Of a DNA stretch of 64,000 nt, positions 1 through 12,369 are shown piece after piece; positions within the stretch are counted from its first letter, which is position 1, and each line of letters starts with the position of its first letter. The DNA lies in the NCBI GenBank assembly GCA_964016885.1, contig OZ024751.1:8928001-8992000 (forward strand), read 5' to 3'. The stretch is from Eledone cirrhosa (taxonomy: Eukaryota). The notes under the pieces were generated by a model, which was given only the letters and a program-made list of their open reading frames with translations, did not search any database and was not told the DNA's origin. The translations under genes and the position numbers were made by a program.

Positions 1-536
1 GTTTACCTTATTTTATCTTATTTTACGATTATATTATATTATGTTCTATGTATATAATTTTTAATTTTTAATTTTATATTATTTTATCTCATTCCTTACC
101 CTATATTTTATATGTAAGTTTGTTATGTATTTCTTTGTATTTCTTTTTATATATATTATAAGTCTGTTTTTCACCTATTTTTTACCTATTTTTTACCTAC
201 TCTTACCTAAACCCATGTCTGTTCTCTTATCCATGTGTCTACTCTTGTCTATTCTCTTATCCATGTGTATGCTTGTATGTAACTATATGTTGACAGCACC
301 CCGCCCAACTGTGACTGATAGCACCCCTTACTTTTATTTTTATTTTTATTTTTATTTTTATTTTTACTTTTATTTTTATTCTTATTCTTTATCGTCTATT
401 ATTACCTTTCATTCTTCAATGCCTTGGATTTGTTATTGCTTGTATGGTATGTAATTAACCTTTATGCTCTTATAGTGCGGATGAAACAATGTTAGCAAGT
501 AAAGATATGCATATGCTATAAGCGTTCTTTGTTATT

Positions 537-540
<4 letters not shown>
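1..540 (+). mobile_element. PLE-type 3' end (T-rich UTR plus pLTR) with internally deleted hammerhead; same family as 34155-34735
   Basis: tgct-CT[deleted]..ggat-GAAA-caatg-TT-agc..gcgttcttt at 461-530 aligns with the intact HHR at 34625-34710; ends in (TA)n. Confidence 0.5.
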
Positions 541-570
<30 letters not shown>

Positions 571-790
571 GGGGTAACAGATTATTGTTATAGGTAGTCC
601 ACTCAGGTGTAGTCCAGTTAGGGTACTCCTAGTAGTAGATGATATCAACGCTTGGCTAAGTTTGACTCAACAAGGTGTTGCCATAGTGATGCTGCGAGTA
701 CGCGTTAATTTCTGCTGTTAACACTTGGAGTAATGATAAATCAGGAAAGAAGAGTGACACGGTTTGCTTTACAAATAAGGTTTTTAATCC

Positions 791-905
791 CATTGCTGAC
801 AATTGTTTCTCTGAACTGGTAGGTCTAGAGATCGCTACCCGCTTGTTTTCACGTCATTCGATCACCAATACATAGCTGTAACCAATCAATTCATCGGAGC
901 TTGTG
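791..905 (-). ncRNA. Type I hammerhead ribozyme candidate, CCGAUGA core, long stem II
   Basis: Minus strand: aagct-CCGATGA-(~80 nt)-GAAA-caattg (palindromic stem III)-TC-agc. Confidence 0.55.
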
Positions 906-1370
906 AGAATGAAATGAATATACAGTCATATATATAGTAGTAATGACATTCAATCAGAAAAATAACAACAATACAAACAATGCTAGCAATACATTATTTG
1001 AAATAATCACAACATCAATCTAGGTAAGAAACATAGTATATCTACGACTTTAGCGTGTAAAACTAGCAGACATGAGGCAGATGTATAAAATTGACATGTA
1101 AAAGCTGTCATGGGGTGTATTATATATAGTGTTGAGATAAGCCGGTGGCTTTAAACAATGAACCATTTCCTTTACTGTGGGTCTGGTGACCGTTAGACTT
1201 ATTTATTATCTGATAGATGAAATATTTATCACTGTAGTGAGGGTAGTAATATTTGTGGTGTGAGGTAGGTTCAATATTTATGTGGTCTATATTAGATGAA
1301 GGAACTGTTAGTTCGAATCATGGGGTTGTTTAGCTTTCACATCATCAATAACATACATGTATAAGATAAC

Positions 1371-1566
1371 TGTTTCTACTTTAGGCACAATGCCAGCAAT
1401 TATTTACAGTGCATTACTGGTACTTTATTTTATCGACCCCTTAAGGATGAAAGGCAAAGTCAACCTCGGCGGGATTTGAACTCAGATCGTAAAGGGACGT
1501 AACTCTGCTGGGAAGCATGGCGTCCGACCCTCTACTGATACTGACAATCCACTGCCCTATGTATCC
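1371..1566 (-). mobile_element. tRNA-derived SINE with 19-bp target-site duplication
   Basis: B-box gagttcaaatcc, core gcctttcatcc..ggggtcgataaaataaagtaccag (Nin/Deu-like); TSD catacatgtataagataac at 1352-1370 and 1567-1585. Confidence 0.85.
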
Positions 1567-1915
1567 CATACATGTATAAGATAACATTAACAGAGTAGCA
1601 ATATAATAGGTAAGTTACTACAGAGGTTAAGGAGGCAATATATATATAAAGAGAAAATATGGTGAGTACAATTATAACAGGAGGAAGGTAATGTTCTACT
1701 GTAGTAGTATTCTGAAATGTTCTTGGATTTAGGTTCATTTGTTGAGAGTCAAGGGTGGGAAAGTTGTGTTGACAGCAGCTGAGAAGGGATATATTTATGG
1801 GTTGATAAAGTACTTACAGAAATTACTGTGGTAGAGAAATAAGAAGGCTAGAATGTACTTCTTTCCTGATTTATATATATATATATAAATCAGATGATTC
1901 TATAGACATGTTTTA

Positions 1916-2800
<885 letters not shown>

Positions 2801-3264
2801 AATGTGTCTGTTGATTTTTGGCATATTGTTGATTAGTTTAAGAGAAGTTCGAAGATAATAGTAAGATATGCACTCAGTATTTTGAATCTGTCTGCAGAAT
2901 TCTCTAGACCTTTGTCACTTAGTAGAACCTTAATGACTTTAGCTTTTAAAGAATCTCCCTTTTCTTTAATTCTATCGAGCATGACTGACCCCCCACTGAT
3001 TTTATAGACATCTGTTAGCTTAAGAGAAACTTATTGACAAGGAATGGTATGCCATCCGGAACCTGTTTATAGAATTCTGTCTGCCTTTGTTACTCTAAAA
3101 ACATAAATAAATATAAATAAAAATAAAAATTAACTATAGCTTTGTAGAATTAGCTTTTAATGAATTCCCTTTTCTATCAACCAATGACCTGCACCCATCC
3201 CACTCCCCACCCTCTCCTACCACTTGTAGAGACCTATAAATACCATATTTATTTTTTGATACCC

Positions 3265-3315
3265 AGATTCCTGATGATTTCTAATGAATGAAACAGTTCT
3301 AGTCCTGTAGAATCT
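3265..3315 (+). ncRNA. Minimal type I hammerhead ribozyme at the end of a PLE pLTR-like segment (~2830-3330)
   Basis: agattc-CTGATGA-tttctaatgaat-GAAA-cag..ctg-TA-gaatct; stems I and III pair perfectly; followed by (TA)n. Confidence 0.75.
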
Positions 3316-3327
3316 CATCTATATTAA

Positions 3328-3372
<45 letters not shown>

Positions 3373-3387
3373 TATATATATATATAA

Positions 3388-3541
3388 CGAAGGAAATGTG
3401 GTAAGGAACCAGGTGGACCATAACGCACCAAAGTACTCAATACTTAGGGTAGTAGGGTGGGTAATAGGAACAAGTAAGACTAGTCCAGAATTAGCCGTCG
3501 AAACGGGTTGAGCTCAGCCGTCGGGGTCTTACTTGTTCCTA
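3388..3541. mobile_element. Fold-back pLTR fragment carrying the 3' half of an HHR; same family as 15818-16002
   Basis: taggaacaagtaagac / gtcttacttgttccta inverted repeat; GAAA-cgg..ccg-TC; within (TA)n. Confidence 0.5.
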
Positions 3542-3556
3542 TATATATATATATAT

Positions 3557-4142
3557 ATATTGTTATACTTTGGGAGGGTCATGTTGCCAATAAGAAACAC
3601 ACGCACCAGTTGCTTTCACTTCAATTTAATTTAATATATATTTATAAATTTACAAATTTATAAATTTCTGGTTGGTTGGTTGGTTCCACAACCAGATAGT
3701 TGTTTATATATATATAGTCATAGTTCTTTCGTCACACACTCTGTGACCTCTTCAGTGACTGGGGATTTCTTTCTTCGTTTCTGTGCCTTTCCTTTCTTCT
3801 ATCCTACGCCATTTTGGCGTAGGATAGAAAAATGGCGTAGGATAGAAGAAAGGAAAGGCACAGAAACGAAGAAAGAAATCCCCAGTCACTGAAGAGGTCA
3901 CAGAGTGTGTGACGAAAGAACTATGACTATATATATATAAACAACTATCTGGTTGTGGAACCAACCAACCAACCAGAAATTTATAAATTTGTAAATTTAT
4001 AAATATATATTAAATTAAATTGAAGTGAAAGCAACTGGTGCGTGTGTTTCTTATTGGCAACATGACCCTCCCAAAGTATAACAATATCGGTTTCAACACA
4101 CGATTTCAGATAAAGAATCTTGCTAAACAAATTCAGAAACGA
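3557..4142. mobile_element. Head-to-head inverted dimer of a ~310-bp non-coding HHR element (family A)
   Basis: Perfect ~255-bp arms centred near 3822; HHRs at 3716-3760 (-) and 3884-3928 (+): agtca-CTGAAGA-ggtcac..gtgac-GAAA-gaac-TA-tgact; flanked by (TA)n. Confidence 0.8.
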
Positions 4143-7100
4143 AATATATATATATATATATATATGTATATTACTGTAAATTATTTATAAACGTATTCTA
4201 GTGGCTGAATCGGCATAAATGGAATTCATGGATTTTCTGTTAGAACTTAAAGGTATAAAATAATAATGAAATGGTATTAATTGAATTATGTATTTTTGAT
4301 AGCAGAATTAATACAAATTAAAGTGCAGGTGCTAAGAAATGTTAAGGCAATTCTATGTGACAGATAAGTAAAACAAAACAGGTATATTTCTCATATTTAC
4401 ATTAAATAATATACGAATATTAAATAGCTGTAATATATTAATCGTGACACATAAATGAAGAGGGGATTAAATATTGTTAAAATATTATAAAGTAATTGGA
4501 ATTATAATGTAATAAATTTACGAAGTGTACTGAGTAAATGTGTAATATACCCTATTAGAGAAAAGAAATAAGTATGGAAAGTAGGTATGAAAATAAATAT
4601 CGTATAGAGATATATTGATAATACCTTATATTATAAAGTGAGGAATATTTCCCTGAAATCCATGCTGTCCAAAATGCAGTTAGATATGTAATATAACAAC
4701 TAATGTGAAATAATCGAGAAGATATGAAGGATGGCTTAGACCTGTGAAATGGAAAAACAATCAGGAAAAGGACGTGAAACCGGAAAATTGATTGCTTCCT
4801 TGCCACATGCTCACACATACACACGCACATACACACACACACATACATACATACACACACACACACTCACGCACACAGGTGTTATGTAAGCCACCCTCTC
4901 CATTTCCCTTATTGTATCCTATTACATGCTCTGCTACACATTTAGCTACTGTCTTTAATATATTTTTTTATTCATAATTATTTCGGTCAATCCTATATCT
5001 TTTTAGCATAACCTATCCAAGATATATTCTGCCATCCTATTTCATTGGTACACTTTATGATAACTATCTGCTATTAATGTAATATAAATTTCTTTTTACC
5101 TGTCTTTCCCTTAACTGAACGTAATATAGTGTACACACTATTATAAATATTGCTTGTTTTACGACTCTTATTTAATTAAGTCTGCACCATTTAATTATTT
5201 ATCTTTCACCATTAGAGTACATCCTATTTCTATAGACGTTAAACAATTTTATTTACTTAAGTCTTATTTATTCATATATTTCGTTCATTAATAGATATAT
5301 CCTTTATACTTTTCTATGTTTCATTTCAAATATTTTTACTTCACCCATACTTTACATTTGAGTGCTTTCAACATGTTAAGTCATTTTTATTGTAGTTACC
5401 CTTTCAATACACACAACTATCTCCTCATATACCTCTATATTATAGATGTACATGAGGAATGAGGTGAATGATTATAGAGTCTGTAATATTTCATCTCTTT
5501 CCTGTGTTACTATTTATTGCTGTGTTACTAGACGTATTGCCGAGGCCAAGAAGGTATATCTCTAACATCTATAATGTCACACCATACAAATTATTTGGTG
5601 ATTCATGTATACACCAATTAGAAAAAAGACGCATATTTCTATAATTTGATATACGAAACATATTCAACACTTTATTACTCCTGTATTTTCGATTTCACCA
5701 GGTCCACCACCAGCCCTTAAATACATATCAACTTTTCGATGAGATTCTCGTTGCTCAGAGAAAGAGTTACGAACACTGGTTGTTTTTCGATTAATAAACA
5801 ATAAAACAAAATATTCTGATTGTGTGGCAGGGTCCTTTGTTTGGGACAGGTTGCGAAACTGTGTAAAGAATTACTCATTGTAATTATTTTGCCCTTCATC
5901 TGGCCAATGCTAAAAATGTTCAAGCCGTGATTATTCCCTATTTTTCCTATCTACACAACCCAGAGCACCATTATAGATTATGCCCTTTTTCAGACTGCTG
6001 GGTGGGATTTGTGAGGATTGTGGCTGCTATTTCTTGCAGATAGGGTGTCGAAGTAGAATCTGTCTCGTTGACTCACTTCTCCGAGGTTTGAAATAGAGGT
6101 AGCAGTTCAGAAAATAAATACAGCCAACAAAGTTTTCAATCATCTTACCAATTGTGTAACTGTAAGTATATCCCCTTCTCTTTTCTGCAAACAGCGAATG
6201 AATTACGTAATAAACAGCCTATATATTCTGGTAAAATATAACTTATTCGTCACAAATATTTTGCCGTTGTAGAATAATAAACAGCTCGTTTCTACCTAGA
6301 TGAATGATGTATTTTCCTCTGAGATGAAAACCAAACTTGGTTCGTGATTTCATATTGCATTATATGACATGATGAGAGAATTTTCCGGAAATAAGATGCC
6401 GCTCGAGTTCAAAGATGGTCAGATTCACTTCCCTGAACAAACCATCATCTTCCTTTATGTTTGTTTCGTATATCCATATGTGCAGATAACGCATAAATCA
6501 TGGCTATGAAATCCATTGCAATAGCTAAAAGGTACTATAAGCATCTAAATCATTGTTTGGCTTTGTAAAAATAAAATTCACGTCTGTTTTGGTTATAGTA
6601 TTTCATAGATTACCTCGCCCAAGTAGGATGTACATTGCATTTAGCATAGTTTATGGGGGATAACTTGAAAGGTTCTCGTATTCTTGCTGCATCAGATTTG
6701 TTTTGCTTTGTTTGTTTTTTTTCTTTTTGATTTTGCTTTTGTTTGGTTGTTGTCGTTTTTTTTGTTGTTTTTTTTTTTTTTGTTCGTTTTTTTGTTGTTT
6801 TTTTATTGTTTTTTTTTATGTTGCTTTTTGTGAATCTCGATTTGATAACTCAGAACAAAGCTTTGCAGAAACTTATTACTAAAGCAGATACTCTTTCTCT
6901 AAAATGCATTTTACTTACTTTTACCATCCACAGTAAACGATAACGTAAATTATGTCTATAAATATGAGTAGTAAAATACAAGCGATGGAATGTGATATTT
7001 TATGGAGTTTTTATTCCCCAAATCCTTTGGACATCCAATGTTTGATAAGAGAGATAAAGGCATAAATCTGGCTACTCTAACATCTTTTTAGAAAACGATT

Positions 7101-7275
7101 AAATTAATGCGTAAAGATTTTCTGTGTGATCAGCTCTTAAAATCATTGCAGTGTTTAGATTCAATGCTAACATTTATACAAAAAAAATGTCACAAAGTAC
7201 GTGGCCAGATTCGCAAATACACGCACACGCATACGCAAAGGTAAGCACCTACACACATTTATACATTACTATGCA

Positions 7276-7324
<49 letters not shown>

Positions 7325-9486
7325 TTATATATGTGGATGTGTGTGTGTGTGTGTGTGTGGGTTTGTGTGTATAGCTTTGGGTTTGGTTGCATGTGTATGC
7401 GTGTGTGTGGGTATGCATGCGCGTTCTGTTCTTGTATTATACATACATTTGTAAATACGTAGCGCGGTAAACTATATTTATATGGACATATACAAAGGTT
7501 CAGGAAGCTTCTACATTTAACGTAAAATAAAATGTTGATACATTTTATAAGGTTACTAAAGAGCAGCTGTACACTACCAAATAGTTTGACAACGAATTTA
7601 AATCTGCATCTAATTGAGTTTCAAAGTAAATCTGCACAAGAGGATAATAGCGTCATCGCTAAAATTTATATTGTGGAAGAGGGTATGTGCCTGTGTTAAT
7701 ATGTGGATGGACAAACATATCTTCCTGTATTTGTGTATATGGTTATATGTGGGTATGTATTTATGTGTGTATGCATTTATGTGCATGTGTATATATATAT
7801 GTGTATGTATTTATGTATATGTGTGTATTTTCGTGTATGTATGTATGCGTGTATGTAGTTATGTACGCGTTTATATTTGTGTAGGTATGTATGTGCCTAT
7901 GTAAACGTGTATATTTGCGAACGTATTTGTGAGTGTGCATGTGTACGTGCGTATGTGTGCCGTGTTTATGTGTTTTGTGTATCTCTGTGTACGTGTATGT
8001 GAATGCGTATTCGTATGAGCTTGTTGTGTATGTATATGTGTGTATGCGTATTCTCATATAACAAGGTTAACAGTCCAGCGCTACATATTTTTCAAAGATA
8101 TGTTCGACCATCCTTGAAACATATATAGAGCTGATTTCATCTTTTCTTAATACTTCATACCCAACCAGTTTTTGTTTACAATGCTAGCTATATGCTTCAA
8201 GCTTCTAAAATGGTAACAATATATACAGCTGTATTTAAAAGGTAACAATATGTACAGCTGTATTTAAATTCCTTTTCATAAGGAATCTGTGCTTATGTTG
8301 ATAGATTAGTAAATAAAAAAGGAAAGGTGTGAAAGCACTAAGATTGTTAATCAGCCACTGAAAGGGGTAAGGGAAGAGTTTGACAGACTCTACAACTAAG
8401 TTTGAGTGGTGTTTCGGCTGCGCCCCACGGACAAAATGGCAGAGGTGTAATGTTTAAACGCACTCAGTAGATATACAAGAGATGCATCGTTCGATTTATC
8501 GCAAGCGTCCCTGTGGATATTTTGGTGAACTTCATATGTACTTTATCCAATTTATTCAACTATTTTTCTACTCATATGCATTGGAAAACTTTCAAGTTTT
8601 CACGTTCTTAAATGTTGTAGTCCAATACCAATATATATATATATATATGTACCAGAATCCATAGTCCATTGCTTAAATCGGTGTGACTTTTGCTTCGTTT
8701 TTTTTTGACTTCCAAACAGTACTGTAAGGAAGATATAACTCTTTCCACCTTAAAGTATGTATTTTTTCATGAATGTTATTTGTATTATATATGTGTCCTA
8801 TGTTTTTCTCAAAACATATATGGCTCCTTTTCTTTCTCTAAATACATCTTTTATATTTGAATTATTGATGAACTGAACTGAGGTCATTGAGATTACTTAA
8901 TGAGAAACGTGGTCATATTAAACGTTTTGATACTTTAACATTATATGTATATATGTATATATGTGCGTGTGTGTGGGGAGGGTGTCTATATGTGTGTGTG
9001 CGTGTATGTGTATGTGTGAGTACAAAGTAAAGGGAAACAAGAAAGCAAACATTGAAGAAAGATATTAGTTTAACGCTTGATAAAGTAGGAAAAGCACCGT
9101 TATGTTTCAAACACCAGTCCTTCATCAAAAGATAGAATGAGCAATAAAATATTAAACAGAAAGGAGAAAGAGAAAAGGGGAAGTAAAAGAAAGGAAAATA
9201 AAAGAGAAAGGAAAAAAAAAGGGAAGGGTTGGAAAGCGAAAAAGAATTGGGAAGGGTAAAGAAAGAAGGGAAAGGAAAAGAAAAGAGAAGGGAAAATGTT
9301 TTGGAGAAATAATCTATAATGGTTCGGCAGTGGAAACATATGCCAGTATTCCAACACTCACTCTTATTGAATCTATAATAGATTTTACAGTAATATGATG
9401 AGGTTCTCCGACAATGTAATGAAAGGAACCTTGAAATAACCCTTCAATTTCCTTCGCATTTAACTGTATTATTAGCAGTCGTCTAT

Positions 9487-10431
9487 CTTCATCATCAGGT
9501 CGAGTTGGCTCCGCTTTCTACGACACGTTTCCTCCATCCATCTCTGTCTCTCATAGCGTTTGCCAGTTCTTCCGCAGTGCATCCAGTATCGTCCTCAAGT
9601 TGCTTGACGTATGTCTTCTTGGGACGACCAGCGTTTCTTGCTCCATGAGATGGACTCCATAACAACACATCACCTGCTATTTCTTCCTTGCTGCGCCAAC
9701 AGTGGCCAGCAAATCTGAGTCTCTGTCTACGTATTGACCTGCTGATAGGTGGTATATTGCACTAGAGATCCTTATTTGTTGGGTGTTCCCTCCAAGACAC
9801 GTTCAAAGCAGCGCGGAGCATACGTGTGTATGCCCCGTCTAGCTTTTTCTCCAGTTTCGACATCATTGCAGTTTTGACATCATTGCAGGAGTACTCCAAG
9901 GGGATAATCTTGCACCATATATTATTTATCATCTGCCTCGACTATATATTGAGAAAAGCCCTGGACGAAAACTTAGAGCTTGGTTTCACTCTCACAAAGC
10001 GAAAGTGTAGACGCCATGCAGCTCAGAAAATCACCGATGCTGACTCTGCGGATGATTTAGCGGTCCTCGCTGACAACGTTAAGGATGCAACATCATTACT
10101 TCACAACATCGAATCAGTTGCAAAGGAAATCGGACTCTATGACAACGCAGGCAAAACAGAATATATTTGCCTGAACCAAGACGCCTCAGTTGGTATGCGA
10201 AGTCTAAACGGCGATATAATCAAGCAAGTTGACGACTTCAAATACCTGGGTAGCTATATCGCCTCCACAGAACATGATATTAACATCAGACTCGGAAAAG
10301 CCTGGGGAGCATTGAATGCAATGGAAAATATATGGAAATCAAACCTGCCTTCCAAACTGAAAAGGAATTTCTTCAGAGCTGCTGTGGAATATGTGCTTGT
10401 TTATGGCTCTATCACTTGGACGCTAACGTCG
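9487..10431 (-). mobile_element. 5'-truncated RTE-type LINE with 5' inversion (twin-priming structure)
   Basis: Plus strand 9860-10431 encodes RT ([16 protein letters not shown] ..WTLTS); minus strand 9858-9495 continues it (KLEKKLDGAYTRMLR..RLRFAGHCWR..GRPKKTY); TSD agtcgtctat at 9477-9486 and 10432-10441. Confidence 0.85.
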
Positions 10432-11197
10432 AGTCGTCTATATCTCCTGTCAAATCTTTCCACGCCTGGAACAGGAGGGAAGCCCCAGTTCATCTCATAG
10501 TAGAACCTTCCAATTAACTCAGAGATATGCTTCTTTAGAAACAGACAGTGTAGATGGTAATAAATAGAAAATATTTGAATATAATGCTACAGCAGTGCCT
10601 TACACATAATGCCTAAATTAAAATAATAAACATGAAAACAATGAATATGTTCTCAACCACTAAATTAAAACGTTCATTTGCTTCATTAGTATTAATTTGA
10701 ATTTCAAATTGAAAAATAAAAAGTAAATATGAAAGAGACTAAAAGACAACGGATTCAAGGATATAGTGGTTCATTTTATTGATTGGAAATCTTAGAAAAA
10801 GAATAGAAATGCCAAAAGGTTATGCTAAATTTGATAGAAATTGCAAACATGGTAGTATTTTTTTTTAGCAAAAGCCATTTGTAATTAAAAGAGAGCTAGA
10901 TTTTACTTTCATCTTGATTTTCTATCCAATAGATTATTACGTTCCTTTTCTCATAGCTCATATTGTTTATCCGGTTCTGCGTCTTTTATAGTAATTTCCT
11001 GAACATTTCACTGATAACGTTTAAGTATATTGCTTTTCATACAAACCATACAAATGTCACTGATCACTATTTCCAGCTTACGATTCCTGACGCTTTTACT
11101 TCTAATCGCAGAGACTCTCAAGTTTCATATATATACATATAAAATAAGTAATTCAAATGTGTAAAATTTGGCTTCGTTTATTATAAGTTATAAATGT

Positions 11198-11252
11198 ACT
11201 GCTATATATATTTCGGGGACAGCCATCATTGGCTGTGACCTCTTCAGCCAGT
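11198..11252 (-). ncRNA. Type I hammerhead ribozyme candidate
   Basis: actgg-CTGAAGA-gg..acagcca/tggctgt..cc-GAAA-tatata-TA-gcagt; one mismatch at the base of stem I. Confidence 0.65.
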
Positions 11253-11329
11253 CCGAATTGGTGTGGAAAAGACAGGTACACATGTTGTTGAAGTGTGTTT
11301 CACTCCGTCAATAAATGAAGAATTAGAGG

Positions 11330-11961
11330 TATATTGTCTGTAATGCGAAGAAATACCTATGGTGTCTCGTAGACCACTGATGATGGATTATCCTGGCTTC
11401 TATTTCTAATTCTTCATTTATTATATATATAGCCTATATGCAACAACACAGCTCTCAATTGTTCATTCCTATATGCTTTCCCCTTCGCTGTGACCTGTCT
11501 TTTTCTATTCCCTTACTGCTATCCTCTTTCTCCCTCCCCCTTCTCCCTCTTACTTTCACACATCCCCTCTCCTAGTCACCCTCTCTCGGCTAGCCTCTTC
11601 CTCACACTTTCACTCACTCACTCTCTGCTATTCACCCTCTCTCTCACTTCCTCCATCGTCCCACACCGTACACGATTCTTTCCTCGCCCACATCCGCACG
11701 ACCAAGATGTGTCTTTGCCTCTCGTCAATATTCGCAAGCCCTTATGTTCAAAATGAATTATTGACTTGATTTTCTCATTTTTTCCTCTCTTTTCGTTGCC
11801 TCACCATTCGTGTTTTTTTACCTGTCTCTCTTTCTCCACCCAACTCTTTTTATCCCAATAACTTAATTTAGTTATTGTATCGCCCTAGCTTGGGGTATAT
11901 GGTCTGTAGTACGAAGAAATACGTATGATGGCTAGTAGACCACTGATGACGGATAGTCCTG
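11330..11961 (+). mobile_element. Retrozyme-like ~566-bp unit bounded by direct repeats containing HHR core motifs (family Z)
   Basis: cgaa-GAAA-tac(c/g)-TA-tg..acca-CTGATGA-(t/c)ggat at about 11346-11390 and 11912-11958; pyrimidine-rich body homologous to 61117-61745. Confidence 0.6.
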
Positions 11962-12369
11962 ATATATATATATATACATATATATATACATATATATATA
12001 CATATGGATATATATGTGTGTGTGTGTGTGTGTATACATGTACATATATATATGGTTATATGTTTGTGTGTGTGTGTCTGTGTGTGTGTGTGTGCGGAGT
12101 TACACGATGATACTCAATCTGCCACATAATGATACGTCCAAGCTCAATTTGTTAATGACATTATACATACACATTTAGAAATGTTTTAAGAATAGATGAA
12201 ATAAGGGAGATATAACAACATACATCATATACAACATACTGATATTACAGTAAATTTCTTAAAACATTTACTTGGTTTACAACACATTTTATGTTGGCAC
12301 AACTATTTTTGTGTGATGGCGTATGTAGTACAAGTAATTATATAAGACATTTTTGAAAGAAGTTGGCGG

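Larger units (their letters stand above)
570..1870 (-). mobile_element. PLE (probably Naiad-type) 3' fragment with UTR and HHR, interrupted by a SINE
   Basis: Pyrimidine-rich UTR on the minus strand; HHR at 791-905; faint endonuclease-tail-like reading (KKYIL..FINP..SCCQH) near 1770-1865; flanked by (TA)n. Confidence 0.45.

Noticed and set aside
1185-1215. ctgatagatgaaa near-core motif
   Set aside because: No room for stem II and no supporting stems
1371-1566. SINE heads as tRNA genes
   Set aside because: A and B boxes only, no cloverleaf; dispersed copies with a shared tail and TSD
3680-3964. Mirror-image 70-aa ORFs on both strands
   Set aside because: By-product of the palindrome; not conserved as intact ORFs in the other family A copies
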